A model generated the notes under the pieces. That model worked only from the letters and a program-made list of their open reading frames with translations. It was not told the origin of the DNA and searched no databases. Below are positions 1-13,227 of a stretch of DNA of 64,000 bases, piece after piece. Position numbers and translations under genes: made by a program. How positions within the stretch are numbered: the stretch's first letter is position 1; the number at the start of each line of letters is the position of its first letter. Source of the DNA: the human T2T-CHM13v2.0 reference genome, Homo sapiens; assembly GCF_009914755.1 (NCBI RefSeq), contig NC_060935.1. The stretch is one strand, 5' to 3'.

Positions 1-1517
1 AATTTCATACTCTTGTTCTACATGACAAATAATAGTTCCCTTATACATGTACATTAGCATTTTATATTATCATGATTACGGTTTTCTTCTATTCACTTGT
101 CCACATTGGAGTTTGACATTTGTTTCATTCACTCACTGAATTTTGCAAGACCACCATGAGGATTTTAGCATTCAATTCAGCATTCTACTTCCTGAAATTG
201 CTTAGGAAGAATTAAAAAATATGGAAATTTTTCACTCATTTCAAATTATAGGAAATAATGAAAACTTAAGACTGATCCTGAAATAATATTTTAGGAGAAT
301 ATTGGATAAAATGGAAAATGCTCACAATATATTACTAAGTAGGAAACAAAAGGACACTGAAAAATAATGTGTATAGTATGTTCTAATTATATGGGAAGTG
401 TATATTTCTTTGCACACATATATGCATAGGGAAAAATATATTTACCGCACATAAAAATGCTAATGATGGTTTTTCCTGAATGTTAACATTACAGCAGTAT
501 ATTATACTCTGATATACTTTGTTATCCACAGTTAACATATATATTTGATAATCACAAAAAAAGCAATCTAGTCTAGATACATGTAACTCAGGGATATCAC
601 TACCAACTTAATACCTTTTATAACAGATCCTCTATTTTCAATCTTTAAATTAGCAATTTCTTTATCATTACTCATATTTGGGTTTTTTATTTGTGTGGTT
701 GAAATTTCTGAAGGTGTGAAATCTTCTCAAAAGTTATCTGGAAACCTAAAATTGTACTCACAAGTGGATATGTTCCTCAAAACAACAGACTCCTCCAGAA
801 TAGTCAAGCCTGACTTCCAGTAGAAAGCATGCTGCTTCCCCTACCTGGTTATCTTTATTTTTGTGTTTTTGTGATTTTTATTTCACTGGTTTGTCTCATA
901 TGAAAGTGAACATTATCTGCTTAGACATCTTCAAACCTCCTGTGGGTATTATACTCTTTATACTAGTTTCTGCTTTTCTCCTCTAATATTAATATGTGGT
1001 TGCAATTCCACTTTATAAATTAAGCAGCCAAAGAATAGATGTATTTGAGTACTCTCTGGTTAGACTGTCAGAGTTAATGATGTTTTATCTCTTTTATAGA
1101 ACAGTTGCTCCCCTTAGACTTCTCATGACATAGTTCCTTTCCACAATACATTAGCAAGTTGGGTGTGTTTCCTTTTTTTAAATGGGTTACCAAGCTATTT
1201 TATTATAGCATACAGTCTTTTCTTTTTTCCCAAAATCTTATCTACATATGCAATCCCAGTATTCTGCCAATTTTTAATGTATAATTGAAATTCCTTATTA
1301 ATTGCTTCCTTTCTTCCATTGAAACCATTTGCACTTAAAGATGTAAATACTTATGGGATCTGAATGTATTAGAACTTGCAATTTCTGTAACTAAAAATGT
1401 TTCCAACAAAGTAATGATCTATCTCCGCAGCCTGTAATGGTCTAAATTAACAATATAATCGTTACAATTTATCAAGTTAAGCTTAATTTTAATCATTATT
1501 TTATGTTTAATTTGTAG

Positions 1518-1623
1518 ACTTGAATCATCTTATTTGCCTTCTATTAAAGAACCAGAAAGGAAAATAAAAGAGCTGTTTTCAGTGATGCAAGATCAACCAA
1601 ATCATGAAAAAGAATTGAACAAG
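1518..1623 (+). CDS. DEUP1: DEUP1 internal coding exon: (R)LESSYLPSIKEPERKIKELFSVMQDQPNHEKELNK
   Basis: tttgtag|A acceptor, AAG|gtatga donor; 106 nt (phase 2 to 0), open frame that joins in frame to the next exon. Confidence 0.9.
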
Positions 1624-1889
1624 GTATGAAAAATAATGAGCTCCATTCTTCCAGGTAGATGTGAACTCTTTACATACAAAGGGAGTTAAAAAAAAATCTT
1701 TCTTCTCACTCCCTTTGTTTTCCTTCTGTATTTTTTTGTAAGGTGATAATCTACCAAGCTGCTAATTCCGACATTTTAATGTGTGAGACTACAAAAAACA
1801 CAAACCTTAAGTTATCACTGTGCTACTGGGAGACTGCCCACGACACGTGGAGGGTGGAGGGCTGGAGGCTCCATGATAGGTGGCTTATA

Positions 1890-2460
1890 GCAAGAAAGTT
1901 GAGAGCACAGACTCTGGTGCTCAACCACACACGTAAGCTTGGAGAAGTTTCCTGTGCAAGATACTGAGGAGCCTCATTTCTAAGGTGGAAATAATTGGTA
2001 CCTACCTCATAAGTTTGTGATGAGGATTAAATGAGTTAGCTGCTAACTAGCAGTTAACATGTGCCAGGAACTGTTCTAAGGACTTAAGAAATCCTACTTC
2101 ATTTATTCCTCACAAACATCTAATGAAATAGGTCTTAATATTACCCTCCTTTTACATTTGAGGAAACTAAGGCACCAAGAAAAAGTAACTTTCTTCAACA
2201 TTACACAGCTATTAAGTGGCAGAGGCCATGTTTCAATCTAGGCAATCTGGCTCCAGTATCCATACTCTTACCCTAAGGTAAAATCTATGAGATAATGCAC
2301 TTAAAGTGCTTAAAATAGGATCTAGCTCAGAGGAAGTATCTAGTAAATATTGGCTCAGTAGTTATTTATTGCACCCACATTTTTTCACTGAGCACCTAAC
2401 ATGTGCCAGGAACTCTGCTGGAGCTAGAAATACAAGGATGAGTAAGTCCTGGGCACTGTC
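1890..2460. mobile_element. MIR/L2 fragments
   Basis: MIR-core motifs such as cctacctcataagtttgtgatgaggattaaatgag and ttacatttgaggaaactaaggcac. Confidence 0.6.
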
Positions 2461-3299
2461 CTTAAAGAGCTTGTGGTTCTTTACTCTCCTACAAAGAGTA
2501 TGATTCTCTCCTCCCTCTAGTACAATCCAGTAATGGCCTTCTTTCTGTGAATTTATCATAGCTATTCTCCACCTCTCTGGTCTTTAGGTTTGAGGATCAG
2601 GCAGAATATTTAATGCTATAAAATCTAAACAATTAAAAGTTAAATAAACCTGGGTGTGGCTTTGAATTATCAATTAGTGCACTGCATAGTGCTTGACACA
2701 CAGTAAATTAAATACTTAGAGAATGAGTTAATATTAAGGCTAAATTTTCCCATAAATATATAGGGTCATAAATTCAGTTGTTTGTACAAATTTAACAAAC
2801 ATTTGTTGAGTATCTAGGAGAACTATAGCTATTCTGCTAATTTCTATAGGAAACACAATAATATGAAAGACAGGTACTGTCTGCCAAAGAGTTGACTGTC
2901 AGAGAACTAACAGAGGTTAAGTAGAGAAAAGGTGTTATGAATCAGTGATCATTTTTCATATATTTTGAACACTTTAATGCCATATAATCCCACAAAATTT
3001 ATTTTGCTGACTTAAAAATATAACTTTGAAAAACTCTTTTTTACTGGTGTCCCCAGTGAATGATAAAAGATTGGTTAAAGCCACCTAAAGTATAGTTACA
3101 TGATTCTTAACCTCATAGATTTAGATAAAGTAATAAAACTTTGAGTAATATAAAGAATCTACTGACTTTGCACAGTTTTGACATGGTGGGAGAGAGTATG
3201 AGGCACAGAATTCTTTATAGACCCTTGGAGGCCACTAAATACCAGAATGCTGTGCAAAAAAAAGGTAACAAATGAATTTTATATAAATAGCTTCCAAGT

Positions 3300-3660
<361 letters not shown>

Positions 3661-3837
3661 TTATGAATCTTGCAAGTATTTTATTTCTTTTCCTTTTTTC
3701 CAGTCTAGAACTGTTTTAGCCATTTATTTTGTGATAACATTCACATTTTCAATAAACCAAAAGTCATTTGGAGTTCAGGTAAATTAGTTTCTTCTTTCAT
3801 TAAGAAAGAAGTTTTGCAGTATAGTATGTTGTGTTAA

Positions 3838-4252
<415 letters not shown>

Positions 4253-4638
4253 CTATGCCAAAGGGATGCGATCAGCAAAATCCATACTGGGACAAACTAT
4301 AGACTGACCATGTTATTTCATCAAATAAATTGGAAGGTAAAAACTTGGAGACAGAAGAGATTTAAAGGAGATTTGTAATATTGTCCTCCGGGTTAGGATA
4401 CTTGTGCTCGTGTCTCTTAGTTTCCGCCTTGTTCTCGTTCCTGTGACTCTTTTTTAAAAAAATCTGTTAAATGATGAGGTTCGATCATGTGATTTCTAAG
4501 GTCATATCCAACTCTGAAACTCTGAATATGCTGGTAATATGAATAGAATCAGATGAAGGAAGGGTTGGTGGCATAAAGCCTGATGGTGATCACATTTGCC
4601 TCTGGACATGTGTACTTTCCATGTTAGGTCACCCCACT

Positions 4639-4758
4639 CTAAGTGCCATCCCCTAAAACACAGCTTTTTCTGATCTCACTCTAGGTGTCATCCCCTAAAA
4701 CCCAGATTTTTCCAATCTCTCTGTAGGTGTCAACCCCTAAAACTCAGGTTTTTCCAAA
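4639..4758. repeat. 42-bp minisatellite, about 3 copies
   Basis: Units start at 4639, 4681 and 4723; consensus ctaggtgtcatcccctaaaacncagntttttccaatctctct. Confidence 0.85.
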
Positions 4759-5404
4759 TGTGAACCACCTTCCACACCTTCCAGGACCCTTCCCACAGAG
4801 GTTGCAGAGCACAATAGTTCACAGGTCCTGGAATTAGACTGCCTTTCACAAGAAATGTGATGTGAAAAGTTATGCACCTTAATTTTCTAATCTGCTAAAT
4901 ACAGTAGTCTGCAAAATAGAGAGACATTGTGGGGATTAAATGAGATGATGCATGTAAACTACTTAGAACACACAAAAAGAGAGGCTTTAAAAAGATATAT
5001 GAGCCAGTCACAATGAATGGATCATGTTTAGATACTAATTCAATTAAACTTAAACAACATTTATTATATTTTTGAGACAAGCTTAAATTTGAATACTGCC
5101 TAGATACTTGATGATATTAAGGAATTCTTAATCTTTACAGACATTGTAATAACATTCTGGCTACATTTAAAAAAAAGAGAGAGCCTTGTTCTTTTAAAGA
5201 TATATACTGAAATGTTTAAAGGTGAAATGAAAAAAAAAATCCATTTTAAAAAAGTGCCCTGGAGAAAATTCATGTTTCTTTTGTGGCTAGCCTCTACTTA
5301 ACTCTCCAGCCTTATTTCTCAGAGCAGCTAACTCCTAGCTACCCTAAACTCCTTTTAGTTCACTGAGTGTGCCATGCTTTCACTCACTGAGCTCTTTGCC
5401 TGGG

Positions 5405-5607
5405 ATCCCTCCTCCTTCTCCTCCCTCCTCTTCCTCCTCCTCCTCCCTCCTCTTCCTCCTCCTCTTCCTCCTCCTCCGAGCCCTCCTCCTCCTCCTTCTT
5501 TCTCCTCCTCCTCCTCTGAGCCCTCCTCCTCCTCCTCCTTCTACTTCTTTCTCCTCCTCCTCCTCCTTCTTCTTCTCTTCCTCCTTCTTTTTTTTTTTTT
5601 TTTTTTT
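5405..5607. repeat. (CCT)n/(CTT)n polypyrimidine tract running into a T-tail
   Basis: About 200 nt of almost pure C/T; explains the poly-Pro/Ser/Leu ORFs 5369..5728 and 5374..6108. Confidence 0.9.
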
Positions 5608-5988
5608 GAGACAGGATCCTGCTGTGTCATTCAGGCTGGAATACAGTGGTGCAATCAGGGCCTACTGCAGCCTAGACCTCCTAGGCTTAAGGGATCCTCC
5701 CACCCCAGTGCCCCTTCCACCCGACTAACTGAGACTGAATGCACATGCCACCACACCCGGCTAATGTTTTTACTTTTCATAGAGCATCTATATGTTCTAT
5801 TTTTTTCTATGCCTTTTTATTTTTTTTATTTTTATTTTTTGAGACAGGGTTTTGAGACAGGGTCTTGCTCTGTCACCCAGGCTGGAGTGCAGTGGCATGA
5901 TCTCAGCCCACTATACTGCAACCTCTGCCCCCTGGGTTCCAGGCATCCTTCCCACCTCAGCTTCCCACACAAGCCACCACGCCCGGCT
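5588..5988 (-). mobile_element. Two old (AluJ/monomer-like) antisense Alu fragments
   Basis: T-tail followed by gagacagg...caggctgga(g/a)t(g/a)cagtgg, twice; tagagcatct repeated at about 5780 and 5988 as a possible TSD of the second. Confidence 0.8.
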
Positions 5989-6960
5989 AGAGCATCTCTA
6001 ATTGGCATTCATTCATCCTTCAGTTTTGGGTCTGATGACCCTTCCTCTGGGAATCCTATCCTGTCATCCCTAGGCTGGGTTAAACACACTGCCACTACAT
6101 ACTGCTGACACTAATTGCTACACTGTGTTGTAATTGTCTATTTTTCTGTTTCCCCAATGGACTATGATTTTTTTTTAGATGGATGATTATGTACTTTAAG
6201 TCTCAAGAATTAGAAACAGTAATGGTTTCTAGAAAGATGCTAAGAGGCTGGACAAAGACAGCAGTTGTAGGAATGGAGACAGAGGCAAGACTTAAAAGAG
6301 GTTGAAATAGAATGGACAGAATTCATTGCCTGACCAGGTTTGGGAGGACAAGGGTGGAGAGGAGTCAGAGACAATCCAGAGGTTTGTAACATGGAAGCTT
6401 AGCCAAGATTCAGAAAATAAGAGGCTTAAGTAAGGGAAGTGATGAGTTTTCATGAAGACATTGTTTGAAGTTTACTGTAATGTGATTCTGAGAAACAAAT
6501 GTTTAGTTACAAACAGTACAGCCTATTTTAGTTTTAAAAAAGCACTGAATTTAAAGCCAAGAGTCCTAGATTCCAGTCCTAGCTTTGCCGATTATTAGCT
6601 TTATGACTTTGAGCAAATCATGTAACCATTTTAAAGCCAATTTTTTTCTCCATGAAAATGCTTGATAATACTTTCTTTACCTTCCTCTCAAAGTGGTTAT
6701 CAAAGTAGTATCAGTCATAGGTGATGATTTGCATACAACAGAAAATAGAAGTGAGAAATGAAATGTTGGAATTGGAAGGAAAAAAGGTAATGAGTCATTA
6801 TTATATGTATCTGTTTTTAATTTAGCATTGATCAGAAAAGGAGGGTGAAGTGGGCCCTGACAAAGTTTCAGAATAGAAGGACTGAACATGGCCAGTAAAA
6901 TTTTAAGCTACTCTATAAATAAAAGGATTCAATAATATTTCCAGTCTCTATCTGCTGCAG

Positions 6961-7158
6961 ATAAGAAGCCAACTCCAACAGGTGGAAGAGTACCATAACT
7001 CTGAGCAGGAAAGAATGAGGAATGAAATCTCTGACCTAACAGAAGAGCTTCATCAGAAGGAGATCACTATAGCAACTGTCACAAAGAAAGCTGCCCTTCT
7101 GGAAAAACAGTTAAAAATGGAATTAGAAATAAAAGAAAAAATGTTAGCAAAACAAAAG
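6961..7158 (+). CDS. DEUP1: DEUP1 coding exon, coiled coil IRSQLQQVEEYHNSEQERMRNEISDLTEELHQKEITIATVTKKAALLEKQLKMELEIKEKMLAKQK
   Basis: ctgcag|ATA acceptor, AAG|gtatgc donor; 198 nt, phase 0-0; overlaps ORF 6982..7179; E/K/L/Q-rich heptad character. Confidence 0.95.
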
Positions 7159-8740
7159 GTATGCAAGCAGGCAGAATAGCACTTGTCTAGGGCACATTCT
7201 TGCTCAGTGCCAATAGTAGCCTTCATTATTGACTAATGAAAACATTACATTTCTTGGTATTATTTCTGAGACTAGCTTCACAGAAATGCTTTGTGGTGTT
7301 ACATAAAACCTTTCAGAGATAACACAAAGTGTCACCAACAAAAAGGACTAGGGAAATGACAGTGCAAGACAATTTCATTAAATCTCATCTTTCCATTTTC
7401 TTGTAACCTATATTCTGATCACCTCCCACAGTACACTCTAATCAAATATTTCTTCCTGAGTATGTTTTTCTGTATTTCTCTTCCATTAACATTTTTATCT
7501 TTAAAAAAAAGTCTCTATTCCAGCTCTTCTTCAACACTTCCTACCCCTCCCCCACACTTCATGTATTTCTTTCAGGCTTTTTACAAATGGATGTTGAAAC
7601 ATGAAAATTAGTTCATATTTACTGAACATGCAGTCAATGCACAGCATGGTACGTGAGGAAAAACAGCAATTGTAACATTCTTCTGTTAAAATACTACAAG
7701 TAACTTCTACATCCTTCCTTTCCTTCCTGCCTATTTATTTTTTAAATTCCCTCCATCCCTTACTCATGATCAAATGGATGGCCTACTATTGAGAGCACAG
7801 GGTTTATCTGCTTTTTTACCCCAAATCTAAAGGTTTTGAGAGCATCATTTAATAATTTTCTAGGCATATGAGGGTCACTTCACAAATAACATGACTAAAA
7901 TCGTGAATTATGAAAACAGAAAAGATTTAGCCTTTGCCCAGTTGTAAGCCTTAAACCGTGATTTATTGTTGCAGTACACAGGAAAACAGCACAGATGGGA
8001 TAATCTCTTTGGTTGTACCTGTATAGGCAGGGATATTTTACAGGTGTTAACAGTGATCTGGCTAGTTGGATTATGAATAATTTTTATTTTCACCTTTATA
8101 TTTTTGTACGTTTTCTAGGTTTTGTCAATGAGCATAAATTGGTAATTTACAAAATTAAATCTTTTTAAGGCACGTGTTTTATACAGAAATGAGTCCTAGA
8201 GAAGTAAAAGGACAGATACCATATCCAAGTCCTGTCAAGTAGAATAAATCAGGGAAAGATAAAATAAATTGAGAGACAAAATGAAGTAGTCACTAAAAAA
8301 GATGGAATTTTGGCAGAAATATCAGAACAAAATTAAACATGAAAGTTATGTATTGCCTATTGTAAAAATTAATCAGGTGTTGAATAAATTTAATGGACAG
8401 TTACTCAAACATGCTTTTAACATGTGCTTTTTCTGGTGACAATTTGCATACAATAGAAAATAGAAACCAGAAATGGAATTTTGGGATTGTAGGACAAAAC
8501 TAAATGAATCATTATTGAAAGTATATGCTTGTAGTTTAGCATTGATCAGAAAAAGACGTAAAGTGGTGCCTGCCAAAGACAGGAGAACTAAATAAGAATA
8601 CCTGAATGTTATTGGTCGTACCGAAGAAGTGTTTCCCTTCATTACACTTAGAAAATATTTGTATTCACAAGACAAAATTTTAATAGAATTATGAGTTTTT
8701 ATTATGAATTTTACATTTGCCTTTTATCTGCTAATTTCAG

Positions 8741-8827
8741 GTCTCAGATATGAAATATAAAGCTGTCAGAACTGAAAACACACATCTAAAAGGAATGATG
8801 GGAGATTTAGACCCCGGAGAATACATG
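8741..8827 (+). CDS. DEUP1: DEUP1 coding exon VSDMKYKAVRTENTHLKGMMGDLDPGEYM
   Basis: tttcag|GTC acceptor, ATG|gtaata donor; 87 nt, phase 0-0. Confidence 0.92.
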
Positions 8828-11148
8828 GTAATATGCTGACATCATTCAATAAATTGAACAAAGAGATTACTGAATTGGTCACGATTAACCTAGACATCAT
8901 TTATTGAGCACTTGCTGTGTGTTAGACATGAAGGAGTTGGGTGGTAAATTATCTTGTGCTTCAGTTGAGGTTACTTTTATCCTCAGGCTAGAACATTGGA
9001 ATGTCTGGTTTTCTCCCTTGTTCTTTGGTTGGATTGGGCTCAATTCTGATCATTTCCCTCAAATATGCCAAGCATGCTATTTCCTTGCTTTTCTTCTTGC
9101 TGTTGCCTTTGAAATCCTACATCCTATGTGGCCTGATTCAAGTGCCAATCTTCCCCTCAACGAAGCCACCCCTGAAACCCCAGTCAGAATGAATGCCACA
9201 TTTAGTTCGTATTTTGTTCTGACTTGTTTTGTTGCTTGTCACTTTCCCAGTGGATGGCAAGCAGAGAACCATGTCTTATTGGTGTTTGTTTCACCAGTAC
9301 CTCACATCTCAGGCATAAAGTAAGTGTTCAATGAGTGTTGGTTGATTTAAAAGAGGGAGAAATAAATGAATTATTCAGGATAAGGACTACTGGTTTTAAC
9401 CAATGGCTCTATAGGTTTACACAAAGGAACTTAAACAGGCTCTGTGCATCCCCTTTCAATTGTTTAATGTAACAATAGAAAATTGATTTTATATGAGAAT
9501 TTTTATTTATTGAATGAATGAAATATCATTGTTAACTTGTTTATCATTTATTTGCTCTGAGAAAATTCTAAAATAATTTTCTACCATATGAGGAATGGAA
9601 ATGATAAGAGATGAATATGTTAATTACTTAATTAGGCCTCAGTTTCCTTAGCTATAAAATGAGGGAGTTGAATTAGACATTCTCCATTGGCCCTCCTTAA
9701 GCTATGATACTATATTTCTGTGATATTATATACTTGTTCTCATAATGGTCCATATTCTAGCATCAAAAGAGTGCAAACATTCTGGAAGCATTCTGTCTTC
9801 TTCTTTGGGCATGGTTAATGGATCCTGTGATTGGAGTACAGATGGATAAAAAGTAAGGCATAAGTGATTTTCCTATTTGTTACATTAAAAAAACTGTGTG
9901 TCACCTATGACATTTTTATTTCTAAATGCTGAACACACAAAAAGTTAAATCAGATCCTGCCTCCGTGAGTGCTTTTTTCACTCACAAAATGGTATTTGTA
10001 TTTTTTTTACATTTCAATTTGAATGTTTTTAAGTGTATATTCTGGGTCGTCACAGCCCCCACTGAGCCTGCCTAATTCTGGCTCCTTTAGGTGTTTGACT
10101 TTGTTCACCTTTTTGTGTTTTTAAGAAATAGCAGACACAGAGATGTATAAAGAAGCTAATGATCCACAACCCTATCCCAATCCAAAGCTATCCAGTGCTA
10201 ACGAATTAGTGTTTGTTGTAGCATTCTGTAACTTTTTGCTTGCATATGCACACATAAGGAGGAGATGGGTTGAATGTTCTTTTACAGAAATAAATGTATA
10301 ATATATACATTATTCCAAAACTGCCTTTTGACAGTCCATGAACACCTCTACAAATCAGTAGATGAACATCCCTTTATTTTTCCTAATTTCTTAGAAAAAA
10401 TATATGAGCATATAAGATATACATAATTTTTTATAAATTTAATCATAACTTACATAAGGGCAATTTTAGTGCAGTCACTTTGTTGTTGCTGCTTGCTTTA
10501 CTCCTCCCTCTTTCCTCCACTCATCTACCCACATTATACCCCCTCCTCTAGATGATACATGTTAACTACTTGGTATGTATTATTTTAAACTTTTTCAGAT
10601 ATATATACATATAGTCATATAGTACCTATTTGGGGATTTTATCATCTTTTTAAAGTTGAATCATAACACGTACTTCTCTGTGTCCTGTTTTTGTTCACTC
10701 AACAGTATCCCTTGGAATCTTTCCAAGGTAACTAATTTAAGCCTATTTTATTTTTATAATAGCTTGATAATATTCCATGGTGTGTATCAAAATTTATTAA
10801 ACTATTTTTATACTTATTTCAAGGATAATTTATTCCACTCTGTTTCCAGAGTTTTGCCCGAATGAACAGTACTGTAAGAAAAATCCTTATACTTACACCT
10901 TGGAATAGCTTCCTAGGAGTAAAATTGCTAATTCAAAGGATATGTGTGTTTTAATTTTAATAGCTATTGTTAAATCATATGTCTACCATCTTTGTATGAG
11001 TACCTTTTAAAATTTCATTCTTGTAGGCATAGGTGTTATAGGTCTTTTTAATTTTTGTCATTCTGATGGTTATAAAGTAATTTCTCAATAGCTCTTTAAT
11101 TTGCATTTCCCTGAGTACCAGGTGAACATATTTTTGTATATTCATTGA

Positions 11149-11537
<389 letters not shown>

Positions 11538-12660
11538 TAACAATGCTTTTCCAAATCTGTTGTTTGTAACTTTGTTTATGACTTTTTTTGGCCATGCAAA
11601 ATGCTTTAAACTTCTACTTGATCTCTTTGTTTATAGCTTCTGAGTTTCCTTCCTTGACTAACAGGGTCTTCTTGTTACATATATATATATATTTCTTCTA
11701 AATATATATAGCTTCAGTTTTTTTTCAAAGATTATTATATCTTTCATCCAAGTCTTTAATCCATTTATTTTGCGTGGGATATAAAATGGAAACCAAATTT
11801 AAATTTTTATGTAAACATTAAGCTCAGTTTATTTAGTTTCTCCTAGTAATTTCCTGTTGGATCCTATTTGGAATTGAAGTAAGTTTATAGATTAACTTTG
11901 ATTTGGCATTTTCATTATAGTAAATTTTTCCATCCAAGAATGGCTTTCCATTTCTTCATATTTTATGTTTTTCAAAAAGATCTTACCATTTTCTTTGTAC
12001 AGGTTATGTCCTTTTCTTTTAAAATGTATTCCTAGGTGTTTTTTAAGGATGAGTTTGCTGTTAAAATAAAAAAATAAAAAATAAAATAAATAACAAAATT
12101 TATTCCCAAGTGTTTTGCAATTTTTAGTACTGTTATGAATAAAATATTTTCCTTTTTTCAATATCTTGGAACTTATTGTTAATATAGAAAAAATACAAAT
12201 TATCTTATTAATTTAAGTAGGCTTTTTACTAGAGGTTTCTTAGGCTTTTCTGAGATACAAAATCATATCAACAAAAATAGATAGTCTTATCTCTTTTCCA
12301 TGGCTCATAGTAGGTTTTTTTTCTTTTTGATCATATACCATTTGCTAAAAACTCCAAGAAAATGTTAAATAATTATAGTGCTTGCTGGAAAGTTTTCTAG
12401 TTTTTGATTTTAAATGATGTGGTTTTAGAGTTTTCCTGTTTCATATATTTGTTCTTAATTTATGGTCTTAGTTATATCTTTTTCTATTTTACTTAGAGTT
12501 GTTATTAAGAATTGCTGCTGGTTTTATCAAATGCCTTTTTAGGAAATATGATGTTATGTGGGTTTTGTTTTTTAATTTATTGATGTGTAATAGACTATGG
12601 TTAACAGATTCCCCAATATTGATCCACCTTTGAGTTTTTGGAATAAACCTTTTTAGTCAT

Positions 12661-13154
12661 AGTCTCAGTTTGATAGGGCTGCTGTAACAAAGTACCAAAA
12701 GCTGGCTGGCTTGAAACAACAGAAATTTATTGTCTTACAGTTCTAGAGGCTTGAAGTCCAAATTCAAGGTGTCAGCAGGGCTATGCTCTCTCTGAAACCT
12801 GTAGAAGAGAATGTTTCATTGCCTCTTCCTGAATTCTGGTGGTTTGCCAACAATTGTTGGCATTCCTTGACTTGTAGATACATCAGCCCAATCCTCTGTC
12901 TTCATATGGATTTCTCCCTGTACCACTGTCTTCTTCCTGTGCTTCTTCCCATCATCCTCTCTCCTTATGTGTCTGTTTCTGTGCCCAAATTTTCCCATTT
13001 TATAGGATGCTAGTCCTACTGGATTGGGGCCCACCCTAGTGACCTCATTTTTACACTATAAAGACCCTATTTTCAAATAAGGTCACATTCTGAGGTACCG
13101 AGGGTTAGGATTTCAACATGTCTTTTTGGGAGTGGCACAGCTAAACTTATAATA
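12661..13154 (-). mobile_element. MaLR solo LTR (MLT1-type)
   Basis: agggctgctgtaacaaagtacca...aacaacagaaatttattgtcttacagttctagaggc...ggtcacattctgaggtac; 5-bp flanks gtcat/gccat. Confidence 0.88.
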
Positions 13155-13227
13155 GCCATATTTTAGGAATTTTGATATACTATTGGATTCTATATGATAA
13201 TATTTTATTTAGAAATGAAGATCTGCA

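Noticed and set aside
4639-4758. CRISPR-like repeat array
   Set aside because: Contiguous tandem units with no unique spacers, in eukaryotic DNA with no cas genes.
5369-6108. 119-aa and 244-aa Pro/Ser/Leu-rich ORFs
   Set aside because: Translations of a (CCT)n tract and antisense Alu fragments; no exon evidence.
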